Shown: positions 37,182 to 46,278, counted from the stretch's first letter. The stretch: DNA of 64,000 nt from Candidatus Kerfeldbacteria bacterium (GCA_016193315.1 JACPSJ010000004.1:1708-65707); one strand, 5' to 3'. A program made the numbers and translations. The notes: generated from the letters alone by a model not told the origin.

Positions 37182-38522
37182 TCATGCAAACATCCCCTGA
37201 ATCTTGATTATCCCCTTTACCAGCTGATCGATATCTTTCTTGGAGTTATATAGATAGCACGACGCCCGCGCCGTGGCCGGTAGCCCGAACTTGCGATGCA
37301 GAATCATAGCGCAGTGGTGGCCGGCTCGGATCGCGACCCCCTGCTCGTCGAGGATCGATCCGATGTCGTGGGGATGCACGCCGTCGATGGTAAACGCGAA
37401 GATAGCACCACGACCCGCTCCCCCTGCCCTGCCTATCCCGAGCTTGCCGAGGGAAGGGCGAGCATCCGCCGTAGGCGGAGGGGAGGTCACCCCTCCTTGT
37501 AAAGGAGGGGTCGCGGCGGGGGTGGTGGGAGCACCCAGCACTTTTACACCGCTGATCTGGGATAGCTGTTCCAGCCCATACCTCGTCAACTCCTGTTCAT
37601 GCTGCCAGACATTATCCATGCCGATTTTTTGCAAGTAATCAATCGCTGCGCCTAATCCAATCGTCCCAGCGATGTTCGGCGTCCCCGCCTCGAATTTCCA
37701 GGGCAATTCATTCCACTGCGCTCCCTCTTTCGTCACTTCCAGAATCATGTCGCCGCCGCGCAGGAATGGCGGCAAGTCTTGGAGAATTTCCTGTTTCGCA
37801 TACAGCGCCCCAATCCCGGTCGGCGCCAGCATTTTATGTCCGGAGAACACCAGGAAATCCGCATCGAGATCCTGCACATCAACTGGCATGTGCGGTGTCG
37901 ATTGTGCAGCGTCAACCAGTATTTTCGCGCCGACCGAATGTGCTTTTTTAGCGATCATTTTTACATCGTTCACCATGCCCAACACATTCGACATCTGAGT
38001 AATCGCCACCAGCTTCACGCCTTTCAGCAACTCACCAAGATTCGACAAATCAAGCTCACCGTTATCCGTTACCCGAATCCACCGTAATTCCGCTCCCCCT
38101 TGATTAGGGGGAGCTGCGCGTAGCGCTGAGGGGGTGGGGGGTGGAAGCCACGGCACGATATTCGAATGGTGCTCCATCTCCGTCGTCAGGATCGCGTCAC
38201 CCCTTCCAATACTCTTCCCAAATGTGTTGGCCACCAGATTGATCGCCTCGGTCGCGTTGCGAGTAAAAATAATTTCCTTCGTCGATTTTGCATTGATAAA
38301 CTTCCGCACCTTTTCACGCGCACCTTCGTACGCATCCGTGGCTCTCACCGACAAAGCATACACACCGCGATGCACGTTCACCCCATACTGTTCGTAATAT
38401 TCTCGCTCCGCATCAATCACCGCCTGCGGTTTCAAGCTGGTGGCGGTGGAATCTAAATAGACCAGCTTCGGATTGGCCTTGAACATCGGGAAGTCGTTCT
38501 TGATCGTTTCAGTAGACAGCAT
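37182..38522 (-). CDS. sufS: cysteine desulfurase SufS (class V aminotransferase) with two low-complexity in-frame insertions
   Basis: SGHKMLAPTGIGALY (PLP Lys), RAGHHCA and a C-terminal Cys loop. Extra segments LPPPTPSALRAAPPNQG and TTPAATPPLQGGVTSPPPTADARPSLGKLGIGRAGGAG are inserted relative to canonical SufS. Confidence 0.9.
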   Translation of the reverse strand: MLSTETIKNDFPMFKANPKLVYLDSTATSLKPQAVIDAEREYYEQYGVNVHRGVYALSVRATDAYEGAREKVRKFINAKSTKEIIFTRNATEAINLVANTFGKSIGRGDAILTTEMEHHSNIVPWLPPPTPSALRAAPPNQGGAELRWIRVTDNGELDLSNLGELLKGVKLVAITQMSNVLGMVNDVKMIAKKAHSVGAKILVDAAQSTPHMPVDVQDLDADFLVFSGHKMLAPTGIGALYAKQEILQDLPPFLRGGDMILEVTKEGAQWNELPWKFEAGTPNIAGTIGLGAAIDYLQKIGMDNVWQHEQELTRYGLEQLSQISGVKVLGAPTTPAATPPLQGGVTSPPPTADARPSLGKLGIGRAGGAGRGAIFAFTIDGVHPHDIGSILDEQGVAIRAGHHCAMILHRKFGLPATARASCYLYNSKKDIDQLVKGIIKIQGMFA

Positions 38523-38524
38523 GG

Positions 38525-38911
38525 TTAGCGATAAACTATTTCAACGACTATCTTGTCAGGGTCTTCGAAATAAAGGGCATAGTAATTCTTAGAATATTGT
38601 GGAAACCTCTTGGGGCCGCCGTAAAGATAAGATAGTTTATGCTTCAAAACAAACTTCTGTAAGAAGGCATCAACTTGCTTAGCGCTCGAAACCCTAAGCG
38701 CCAGATGATGTAGCCCCTTGCCACGTCGGCGATACCTTTGACCTCTAAATTTCTTATCGATTTGAAAAATCCACAGGTCGATCGTTCCGGCATTGACCCC
38801 GAACCATGTCCGACCCGAATCGATTGTTTTGAATTGCAAAAACTTGCATAGTTTTCTGTAAAACTTAAGATCAGAAGTGTTGAGTTGAAGGTGATACGCG
38901 CTGGCTTTCAT
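38525..38911 (-). CDS. VOC/glyoxalase-bleomycin-resistance family protein; markedly lower GC than its neighbours
   Basis: Listed ORF, wedged between sufD (4-bp overlap) and sufS (2-nt gap); visibly AT-rich codon usage. Confidence 0.65.
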   Translation of the reverse strand: MKASAYHLQLNTSDLKFYRKLCKFLQFKTIDSGRTWFGVNAGTIDLWIFQIDKKFRGQRYRRRGKGLHHLALRVSSAKQVDAFLQKFVLKHKLSYLYGGPKRFPQYSKNYYALYFEDPDKIVVEIVYR

Positions 38912-39534
38912 CCTTCTTTTAGCAGAAACTTTTCTCGTACTGATTTTTGGATCTTATCGCGCCAGCCACGATCGTCGATTTTTTTTATCAGCATACTTAA
39001 AAACCCTTGCACAATCATACGCTCCGCCTGCTCTTCCGACAACCCCCGCGACATCAAATAAAACTTCTGTTCCGGATCGACCGGCTTGGCGGTGGCGCCA
39101 TGCGAGGCTTTCACCTCATTGGCCTCAATCTCCAGGCCGGGAACGGCGTTGGCTTTAGCGTCGGAAGAAAGCAGGAGCGAATCTTGCTGTAGGAAATCAT
39201 TACTGCCTTGTGCGCCTTTGAGGATTTTGATCATCCCGTTGAACTCCAGCTGCGCCCGGTCGGCCAAGACCGCTCGAAACTCGGTTCGGCCGCGAGTGCG
39301 CGGCGCGGCGTGAGTCGTGTCGAGCTTGAGATTGAGAACATCATCACCATGACCCAGGAACAGCCCGATAATTTCCGCTTCCGCGCCCTCGCCAGCCAAG
39401 ACAATTTCGCGCTGGCGGGGTTCGGCTACCGATCCCAAGATTGGCACGATGTAGGTGATCTTCTGGCCGGCCTCAACTGTGACCCGTTCAGAGGGCTCGA
39501 TCAACGTGTCGGTAATTGTCTGTCTCTTATTCAT
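38908..39534 (-). CDS. sufD: short SufD-like protein (SufB/SufD C-terminal core only)
   Basis: ...LEIEANEVKASHGATAKPVDPEQKFYLMSRGLSEEQAERMIVQGF... Confidence 0.75.
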   Translation of the reverse strand: MNKRQTITDTLIEPSERVTVEAGQKITYIVPILGSVAEPRQREIVLAGEGAEAEIIGLFLGHGDDVLNLKLDTTHAAPRTRGRTEFRAVLADRAQLEFNGMIKILKGAQGSNDFLQQDSLLLSSDAKANAVPGLEIEANEVKASHGATAKPVDPEQKFYLMSRGLSEEQAERMIVQGFLSMLIKKIDDRGWRDKIQKSVREKFLLKEG

Positions 39535-39767
39535 CCCCGATGGTTCCAGAGACCCCTCGCCCGCGGCTCGGGGAAACGTATTCCTGAACGCAGCGGAGTC
39601 GCGTCGGACGCGGCGGAGCGGAGTGAAGGATCTCTGGTGCCAGAAGGCTCCTTAGTGTATGAGGGATAAATCACCATTCAATATCACCGACCAAGACAAT
39701 TTCCCGCTGCCGCGGCCCTCTAGGATATCGACATATCCCTGTCGGGTAGTGATTGTTAGTTCCATAA

Positions 39768-40199
39768 TCACAGATGTTCAGCCAGTGGTTTGTCGTGCCG
39801 CAGCCTGGAAAAGAATGTTCTGGCTTCTTGCATTCGGTCTTCTTCCCGGTTGCGAACCTTATTGGTAATGAATTGGAATTTCTTCGTCTGGCCGGCAAAG
39901 CCCGCATCCCCTGCAGTCGGCAGTGATTCCTGGTAGCGTTTGATAAAATCGGCCTCTTCCTGGCTGACAAAGATACCCAATGACGTATAAGCCAGCCTCA
40001 GCCGGTCCATGATTTCCAGTCCTAACTTTTTTTCTACCTTCAGCCAGGTGGCAAAGACCTTGATGGCTTCCTTGATTATCGCTTCCGGATACGGTAATAA
40101 CTTGGATGGAAATACCATTCCATATTTCTTTTTTTCTGAATTTAACACCGCATCGTATTCCTTATAGATTTGTTCGGCTTCTGTGTGCTGCATGGTCAA
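39768..40199 (-). CDS. hypothetical protein, low GC, no recognisable domain
   Basis: Listed ORF inside the suf cluster. Confidence 0.45.
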   Translation of the reverse strand: MTMQHTEAEQIYKEYDAVLNSEKKKYGMVFPSKLLPYPEAIIKEAIKVFATWLKVEKKLGLEIMDRLRLAYTSLGIFVSQEEADFIKRYQESLPTAGDAGFAGQTKKFQFITNKVRNREEDRMQEARTFFSRLRHDKPLAEHL

Positions 40200-40225
40200 A
40201 AATCCTGAGTTATTGATTTGAAATA

Positions 40226-40654
40226 TTAATTGTCGGATGAGCGGGCGTGTTCATGAGACTTTGTCACCTCTTGACGAATCAGCCCGCTCATGTGGTCTAA
40301 CGCTTCCGGTTTGGCTACCTTCACGCGATCCGGATCTAATTCACGCCGACCGTGTAGCGGCACGACATGCAAATGCGCATGCCGTACTCCCAGGCCCTCA
40401 ACCACCAACCCGATTCTGATCGCTCCCGAGACTCGCCGCAGGACCGGCTCAAGTCTCCGCGCTCGCTCAAACAAGCCGTTGTAATCTGCGATACTCATGT
40501 CGTAGATCGAGTCGGCGTGATTTTTGGGAATAATCAGCAAATGCCCAGCGTTGAGAGGCTGGCGATCAAGAAACGCCGTAAACCGGTCATCTTCCCATAT
40601 GTGGTATCGATGATCTTCACCAGACGCAATCCGGCAAAAGGGGCATTCCTTCAT
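40226..40654 (-). CDS. HIT-family (histidine triad) nucleotide hydrolase
   Basis: ...GVRHAHLHVVPL... is an HxHxHxx motif; N-terminal CPFCRI zinc-ribbon-like start. Confidence 0.8.
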   Translation of the reverse strand: MKECPFCRIASGEDHRYHIWEDDRFTAFLDRQPLNAGHLLIIPKNHADSIYDMSIADYNGLFERARRLEPVLRRVSGAIRIGLVVEGLGVRHAHLHVVPLHGRRELDPDRVKVAKPEALDHMSGLIRQEVTKSHEHARSSDN

Positions 40655-41160
40655 CCCACGCTCCCCGGCTCAGTTTCTTCTTCTTGGAAGTAGGCGGCTT
40701 GTTTGCTTTGAATTGCCCGCAGCAGGATTGTGAGGCGCGGTCCGAATTGCTTGACCGTGAGCTTCGGTACCTCGTCGACCGAGACGAACTGGTACGAATC
40801 TAGTTCATCGGCTTGAAGATCTAGTTTGATGTCGTCTGGTAATGTTCCGCCGTAGAAGAAGAAATGCATCACGTCATCGTTATCGGTTGGGCGTGGTGCG
40901 TGCACAACACCGATAAACTCGGGTTTCTCGATTCTTAGTCCGATCTCTTCCCGTGTCTCTCGAATGCACCCGTCTCGAGGTGACTCATATTGACCAACCA
41001 CTCCGCCCGGGATAACCCAGACTTTCTTGTACGAAGGCTTCACGAGCAGCACTTCGTTCCTACTATTCAGAAATACCATTCCTGCCGAAATCCGTTTCTT
41101 CGGCATTCGACGTAAATATTCCTCACGCGGCAGCCAGTCTTTATCACCGGGTTTGCTCAT
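40651..41160 (-). CDS. NUDIX hydrolase
   Basis: GGVVGQYESPRDGCIRETREEIGL Nudix box. Confidence 0.8.
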   Translation of the reverse strand: MSKPGDKDWLPREEYLRRMPKKRISAGMVFLNSRNEVLLVKPSYKKVWVIPGGVVGQYESPRDGCIRETREEIGLRIEKPEFIGVVHAPRPTDNDDVMHFFFYGGTLPDDIKLDLQADELDSYQFVSVDEVPKLTVKQFGPRLTILLRAIQSKQAAYFQEEETEPGSVG

Positions 41161-42566
41161 CCAACCGACCCCTCCATCTCCAACTGAATTAACTTATTCA
41201 ATTCCACCGCATACTCCAATGGTAATTCCCTGACAATCGGCTCAATAAACCCGCTGACAATCAACCCCGTCGCCGTCGGCTCATCAAGACCACGCGACAT
41301 CAGATAGAATAACTGCTCCTCACCCACTTTGGACACCGTGGCTTCATGGCCCAGGCTGACGTCTTTGGCTTTGATTTTCATGGTCGGATAGGTGTCTGAA
41401 CGTGACTGCGGATCAAGGATCAGGGCATCACAGCGGACGTTGGACTTAGAGAAACGTGCTTCCGGTCGAATATCAATGAGCCCGCGATACGACGTCCGAC
41501 CGCCATCTTTGGAAATAGACTTCGAGGTAATGATTGACGACGTTTCCGGAGCGAAATGAAGCGCCTTACCGCCGGCATCTTGGTGCTGCCCCTGACCGGC
41601 AAACGCGATCGACAGCACTTCGCCATGCGCTTTCCGGCCGACCAGATAGACCGACGGATATTTCATCGTCACCCGCGAACCTAAATTGCCGTCGATCCAT
41701 TCCATCGTCCCCTCCTCGTGGACCTGTGCCCGCTTGGTCACGAGATTGTAGACGTCTTTCGACCAGTTTTGAATGGTCGTATATCGTACCCGCGCGCCGG
41801 GTTTGACGAAAATCTCGACCACCGCCGCGTGCAATGAATCGCTGGCATACACCGGCGCCGTGCAGCCCTCAACGTAATGGACAAAGCTGCCTTCCTCGAC
41901 GACGATCAGCGTTCGCTCGAACTGGCCCATGTTTTTGGCGTTGATGCGGAAGTACGCTTGGAGCGGCATTTCAACTTTCACCCCTTTCGGCACATAGACG
42001 AACGACCCGCCAGACCAGACCGCACTGTTCAGAGCAGCAAACTTGTTATCGTGCGGCGGAATCAACGTGCCTAAGTACTGCTTCACAATTTCTGGATATT
42101 CACGCAGTCCGGAATCCATGTCGGTAAAGACTACGCCCTGCTTCTCTAATGAACTAATTAACGAATGATAAATAACCTCGCTATCATACTGGGCCCCAAC
42201 CCCGGCCAAAAACTTCTTTTCCGCTGCTGGGATGCCTAGCCGATCAAACGTTTTTTTCATCGAATCCGGCACATCGTTCCATGTCCGCCCCTGTTCTTTC
42301 ACCGGCTTCAGGTAGTAGTAAATATCGTCGAACAAAATCTCATTCAAATTCGCCCCCCACTGCGGCATCGGTTTTTGGAGAAACGTTTGGTAGGCCCGCA
42401 AACGAAACTCCGTCATCCACTTCGGCTCGCGTTTGTGTTTCGATATTTGTCCGACCACGGCCGCTGACAATCCCTTGCCCGTCTTAAACACCCCCTCTTC
42501 GGGCATGCTAAATCCAAAACGGTAGGTGTCGAGCGTTTGCGTGGCTTGTTGAGCTTTGAGGGTCAT
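41157..42566 (-). CDS. sufB: Fe-S cluster assembly protein SufB
   Basis: 469 aa. The C-terminus ...VSKVGEEQLFYLMSRGLDEPTATGLIVSGFIEP... is highly characteristic of SufB. Confidence 0.9.
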   Translation of the reverse strand: MTLKAQQATQTLDTYRFGFSMPEEGVFKTGKGLSAAVVGQISKHKREPKWMTEFRLRAYQTFLQKPMPQWGANLNEILFDDIYYYLKPVKEQGRTWNDVPDSMKKTFDRLGIPAAEKKFLAGVGAQYDSEVIYHSLISSLEKQGVVFTDMDSGLREYPEIVKQYLGTLIPPHDNKFAALNSAVWSGGSFVYVPKGVKVEMPLQAYFRINAKNMGQFERTLIVVEEGSFVHYVEGCTAPVYASDSLHAAVVEIFVKPGARVRYTTIQNWSKDVYNLVTKRAQVHEEGTMEWIDGNLGSRVTMKYPSVYLVGRKAHGEVLSIAFAGQGQHQDAGGKALHFAPETSSIITSKSISKDGGRTSYRGLIDIRPEARFSKSNVRCDALILDPQSRSDTYPTMKIKAKDVSLGHEATVSKVGEEQLFYLMSRGLDEPTATGLIVSGFIEPIVRELPLEYAVELNKLIQLEMEGSVG

Positions 42567-42738
42567 GTATTCCTGAGCGTGAGCGAAGGATCTCTGGAAA
42601 CGTAAACGCGGATTGTTGGCAAGCGTCCTTTAGCCACCGGCATATCCGGTTTTTTCTAATTCCACCGCCAACTCCGGTCCGTCCCCTCCTCTGATGAGGC
42701 GGGGTGGCCCGACGCGCTTCGCCGTCGGGACAGGGTGG

Positions 42739-43476
42739 TCAAGAAACACGGGTTGGCTCATACCCACTTTTTTCTAATTGTACGGCAAGATCAGGTCCTC
42801 CCCTCTTCACAATACGACCCCCCACCAACACCTGCACCACGTCCGGCTTGACGTAATCCAGCAACCGCTGATAGTGCGTGATGATCAAAAAACCGCGGTC
42901 CGGCGAGCGCATGGCATTGACCCCTTTGGCCACGATTCTAAGCGCATCAATATCCAGTCCCGAATCCGTCTCGTCGAGAATGCACATCGACGGCTGGAGA
43001 ACCATCAGCTGCAGAATTTCCGCCCGCTTTTTTTCGCCGCCGGAAAAACCTTCATTGATGCCGCGAGTGATGAAATCTTCGTTCATCCCCATGGCGCTCG
43101 TTTTCTGTTTCATCAACTCGAAAAACTCCGGCACCGGCATTGATTCTCGGCGCCGAGCATTCATCGCCGTCCGCAAGAAGTTTCCCATTGACACTCCCGC
43201 CACTTCTTGCGGGTATTGGAACGAAAGGAACAAGCCGAGTTTCGATCGCTCATCTGGTTTGAGACTCAAGACATTATGACCTTTATACCGAATACTTCCT
43301 CCTGTTACCTGGTACTTCGGGTGGCCCATCAATGCGGCGGCCAAGGTTGACTTTCCTGATCCGTTCGGGCCCATGATGGCGTGGACCTCGCCCTGAGAGA
43401 CGCGAAGGCTCAGGCCACTGAGTATTTCTTTCCCTTCAACTTTCACCCGAAGATCATGAATGTCCAACGTCTTCAT
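42739..43476 (-). CDS. sufC: Fe-S cluster assembly ATPase SufC
   Basis: MKTLDIHDLRVKV...GPNGSGKSTLAAALMGHPKY Walker A; ABC signature LSGGEKKR (FSGGEKKR here). Start ATG at 43476; listed ORF to 43518. Confidence 0.9.
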   Translation of the reverse strand: MKTLDIHDLRVKVEGKEILSGLSLRVSQGEVHAIMGPNGSGKSTLAAALMGHPKYQVTGGSIRYKGHNVLSLKPDERSKLGLFLSFQYPQEVAGVSMGNFLRTAMNARRRESMPVPEFFELMKQKTSAMGMNEDFITRGINEGFSGGEKKRAEILQLMVLQPSMCILDETDSGLDIDALRIVAKGVNAMRSPDRGFLIITHYQRLLDYVKPDVVQVLVGGRIVKRGGPDLAVQLEKSGYEPTRVS

Positions 43477-43958
43477 GTTGTTGAAAGTTCCTGCTGGAGA
43501 TGCTGAATGACGGGCCAAGCCACGGGGTGAAACTTTTCAGGCCCCAATGATACGAATAATTCCCAGTGTGGGTGTTTAGCCTCACGGTCATTGGTCACAT
43601 GACCTACCGGGATTTTTTGGTTAGTCACTCGAAAAAGATGGAACTCATTCCGGCAGTGATAAACTTTACCTGAAGGATTGTATAGAAAATAATATTCGTT
43701 CCGGTCGAAATTCTCTCCACTTCCTATCCGTAATCCTGCTTCCTCTTGAACCTCTCGCCTGGCGGCCTGCAAAGCGTCCTCTCCATCCTCGACCTTACCG
43801 CCGGGAAACCAAAGGAGTCCGGTGCTCTTTGTCGTCATCAGTAAAATCTGGTCTTTCTGTAGCACTAAAGCGTACGCTCCGCGACGCTCGATAGTTTTGA
43901 TAGGATCTACGTGAATTTTCCTGCCGAAAATGTCGTAGCCTTCAGTTGTGGTGCTCAT
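43473..43958 (-). CDS. NUDIX hydrolase
   Basis: GGKVEDGEDALQAARREVQEEAGL Nudix box. Confidence 0.8.
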   Translation of the reverse strand: MSTTTEGYDIFGRKIHVDPIKTIERRGAYALVLQKDQILLMTTKSTGLLWFPGGKVEDGEDALQAARREVQEEAGLRIGSGENFDRNEYYFLYNPSGKVYHCRNEFHLFRVTNQKIPVGHVTNDREAKHPHWELFVSLGPEKFHPVAWPVIQHLQQELSTT

Positions 43959-43977
43959 AACTTGTAGTTAGGGTCAC

Positions 43978-44433
43978 TCATTCCTTCACCGCCCGCACAT
44001 CGGCCTTGATGTTCCGCTCATTGCCGTCGAACCACATTTCGGCTTCGAACTTCTGCCCGGAGATGACATAGGGCAACCACTGATCATCGCCACTCCACAT
44101 CTGGGCATAGGGGATCTGATCGACGGGAAACCACTGGGGTTTCATTTCGTCAGTCTCCACCGGCTGGCCTTCGAACTCCTCCGTGCGAAAGACCGTCACT
44201 TTCCAGTCCCCGACTTTCGAATCATGGTACAAAATCGTGCCCAGGGATTTGTCGAGCGTGGGCGTCAACCCAATTTCTTCTTTCGTCTCACGGATTCCGG
44301 CCAGGCGGGCGTTCTCGCCAAACTCAACCTTGCCGCCGGTCCCGTTCCACCGCCCAACGCCAAAGCCGCGCTTCTTCATGGCCAACAGAATGTGCGCCCC
44401 TTTCAGGATATAGACGAGCACCCCGTTGGTCAT
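43978..44433 (-). CDS. NUDIX hydrolase (MutT-like)
   Basis: GGKVEFGENARLAGIRETKEEIGL Nudix box. Confidence 0.8.
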   Translation of the reverse strand: MTNGVLVYILKGAHILLAMKKRGFGVGRWNGTGGKVEFGENARLAGIRETKEEIGLTPTLDKSLGTILYHDSKVGDWKVTVFRTEEFEGQPVETDEMKPQWFPVDQIPYAQMWSGDDQWLPYVISGQKFEAEMWFDGNERNIKADVRAVKE

Positions 44434-44831
44434 GCGAGCGAGCGCTTCAATTGCCGCTGGCAGTCACGGCACAATCCTTGCACCAGCAAGCGCGATGCGA
44501 AAACGTGTTGCCGCGGCCAGGCACGCTGAAGCCAGACCGCCAAGTCGATGTGCTTGAGAACCGAACGGCGGCCACAGCGCTGGCAGCGGAATGTTTGCTC
44601 GTGGAAAGCGTGACCAAAGTATTGCCGGATGCCGTCGTCGCCCTCCACCACCACTACCTCGCCGCGATCGCCTAAGAGCTTCAAGTTCCGGTAGACGGTC
44701 GCTTGACCGATGGTTGGCTGAAGTTGCTGCACGCGGGTAAAAACCTGTTCGGCGGTTAAGCCCGCGGCGGCGCTTTTGACGATCCACAGGACAAGTTGGC
44801 GCTGCTTGGTATGTCGGGAAGACGAGATCAC
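44430..44831 (-). CDS. Fur-family metalloregulator (Fur/PerR/Zur; subtype not resolvable)
   Basis: ...ATVYRNLKLLGDRGEV... winged helix plus C-terminal H...CxxC...CxxC metal sites. Heads the NUDIX-suf cluster. Confidence 0.8.
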   Translation of the reverse strand: MISSSRHTKQRQLVLWIVKSAAAGLTAEQVFTRVQQLQPTIGQATVYRNLKLLGDRGEVVVVEGDDGIRQYFGHAFHEQTFRCQRCGRRSVLKHIDLAVWLQRAWPRQHVFASRLLVQGLCRDCQRQLKRSLA

Positions 44832-44855
44832 TGTTGAGAGTCGTTCTCAGTAGTG
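44829..44855. promoter_or_regulatory. imperfect 12-bp inverted repeat (cactgttgagag-tcg-ttctcagtagtg) overlapping the Fur-family start codon; candidate autoregulatory operator
   Basis: 9/12 arm complementarity by eye. Confidence 0.3.
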
Positions 44856-44961
44856 TTTCCATTCTATCCCACGTCCTTGGTCGCCGTCAACTGAAGAGCT
44901 TGGATAAAACTAAAAAGCGCCGTGGTTGCCAACACGCTTCATCATGGCGGGTTTATGGCTC

Positions 44962-45099
44962 TATTTGGCCGGGCCGGAAAAAAGATACATCCAGCCAAGG
45001 ATGGCCGCCACGATAACCCCGACAGACAGCACCAGGAAGGTTGTCACCGCCGTTCGGCGTTTCGTCTCGACAGTCGTGGCGGTTCGTTTCTCGGGCATG
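44962..45099 (-). CDS. possible 45-aa single-TM membrane peptide (MPEKRTATTVETKRRTAVTTFLVLSVGVIVAAILGWMYLFSGPAK)
   Basis: Hand-found; below the ORF-track size cutoff. One hydrophobic helix. Sits between the Fur-family gene and the peptidase gene. Confidence 0.3.
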
Positions 45100-45155
45100 A
45101 AGATACTATACCATCAGTCTCGATGCCGTCCAGCTGAAACAGCTCGTCCGGGGCG

Positions 45156-46220
45156 CTATGGCCGCGAGACAACCAACATCACCGGCTGGCCCCTGACCGC
45201 ATCGCGACGGCTCAGCGCTACGCCACGTCCATTAGACACTAGGTCGTGCATGGCCGCCATAATCCGCGTTTCGTCGTAGAGGTAGTTTTCGCCAAAGCGG
45301 GTGCCCGGGTCATTGACGATGAAGCGGCCGTTTTCCGCGTACCCTTTGATAACCACCATGTGATAGATCGGCCCGCCATTACGGAAGTTAGGGTTATTCA
45401 GCAGGCTGCCGGCCAGCGGTACGATAACTGGCTGGCCTTGGTCGAGAAAATCGTGGATTTGCGCAATCGATGGATTCCTGACCAGTTCGACCCGGAGGCC
45501 GTAATTGGCCCGCAGCATGGCGGCGGTCTCGGCCGCCGAGGTATCCTTGTGGTAGCCAAACGTGGCCAGTTCCCACGCTTTCAAACGCTGCAGCGCTTGC
45601 TCGGCATCCGACGGGCCGGCGATCTCCCGTCGCTGGAAGTACCGACCGACCATCAGCACTGAAGCCTCCTCACAAAAATTGTCGTGATCAAAGTCCCAGA
45701 GGCCATGTGGCGCCTGGGCGGTAAACGGCACCGCCAGCCGGTGCGTTGACGCCAGCTCCGCGAGGGCCCGATTACTGATCCCCAGGCCAAGGGCGGTCAT
45801 GATCTGAAAAGCGTCGGCTGGGCGACCGAGAAAGTGACGTTGCAGCGTACCGGGATAGACGTACCACGCTTCACCATTCCGCTCTACCTGGATGAGAACA
45901 CGCCCTGACATGCGGCGTCGCAGGTTAGGATCGCCGGCCTGGCTGCTGCCAGCCACAGGAATCTTCGCCAGGTTAGCATTGCTAATGCCTAAACCATGTT
46001 GCCGCATGATGAAGAACGCGTCGGCCGGGCGACCGAGGTACACGCGGAGCAGCGTATCCGGATGGACGTACCAGGCCTCGCCGTTCCGTTCGACCTGCAG
46101 CACGATCATGCCGCGGACGCGGCTAGCCACGTCCGCTTGGAGATGTCCGGGCCACAGCCACCATGCCGCCAAAAGCAAAAATGGGGCCGCGCCCCACCTG
46201 ATCGACCGCTGACTGCTCAT
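45156..46220 (-). CDS. secreted C39-like (papain-fold) cysteine peptidase with two N-terminal copies of a ~46-aa repeat
   Basis: Signal/TM at the N-terminus. Repeats GR(V/I)LIQVERNGEAWYV.P.TL.R.FLGRPADAF.IM..LGLGISN..LA x2. Catalytic region ...NFCEEASVLMVGRYF...YHMVVIKGY...NDPG. Confidence 0.7.
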   Translation of the reverse strand: MSSQRSIRWGAAPFLLLAAWWLWPGHLQADVASRVRGMIVLQVERNGEAWYVHPDTLLRVYLGRPADAFFIMRQHGLGISNANLAKIPVAGSSQAGDPNLRRRMSGRVLIQVERNGEAWYVYPGTLQRHFLGRPADAFQIMTALGLGISNRALAELASTHRLAVPFTAQAPHGLWDFDHDNFCEEASVLMVGRYFQRREIAGPSDAEQALQRLKAWELATFGYHKDTSAAETAAMLRANYGLRVELVRNPSIAQIHDFLDQGQPVIVPLAGSLLNNPNFRNGGPIYHMVVIKGYAENGRFIVNDPGTRFGENYLYDETRIMAAMHDLVSNGRGVALSRRDAVRGQPVMLVVSRP

Positions 46221-46278
46221 CTTCCCCTAAGCATACCACAATCAACGCTAAAAATCAAGCTCGCCGGGACCGTTATAG

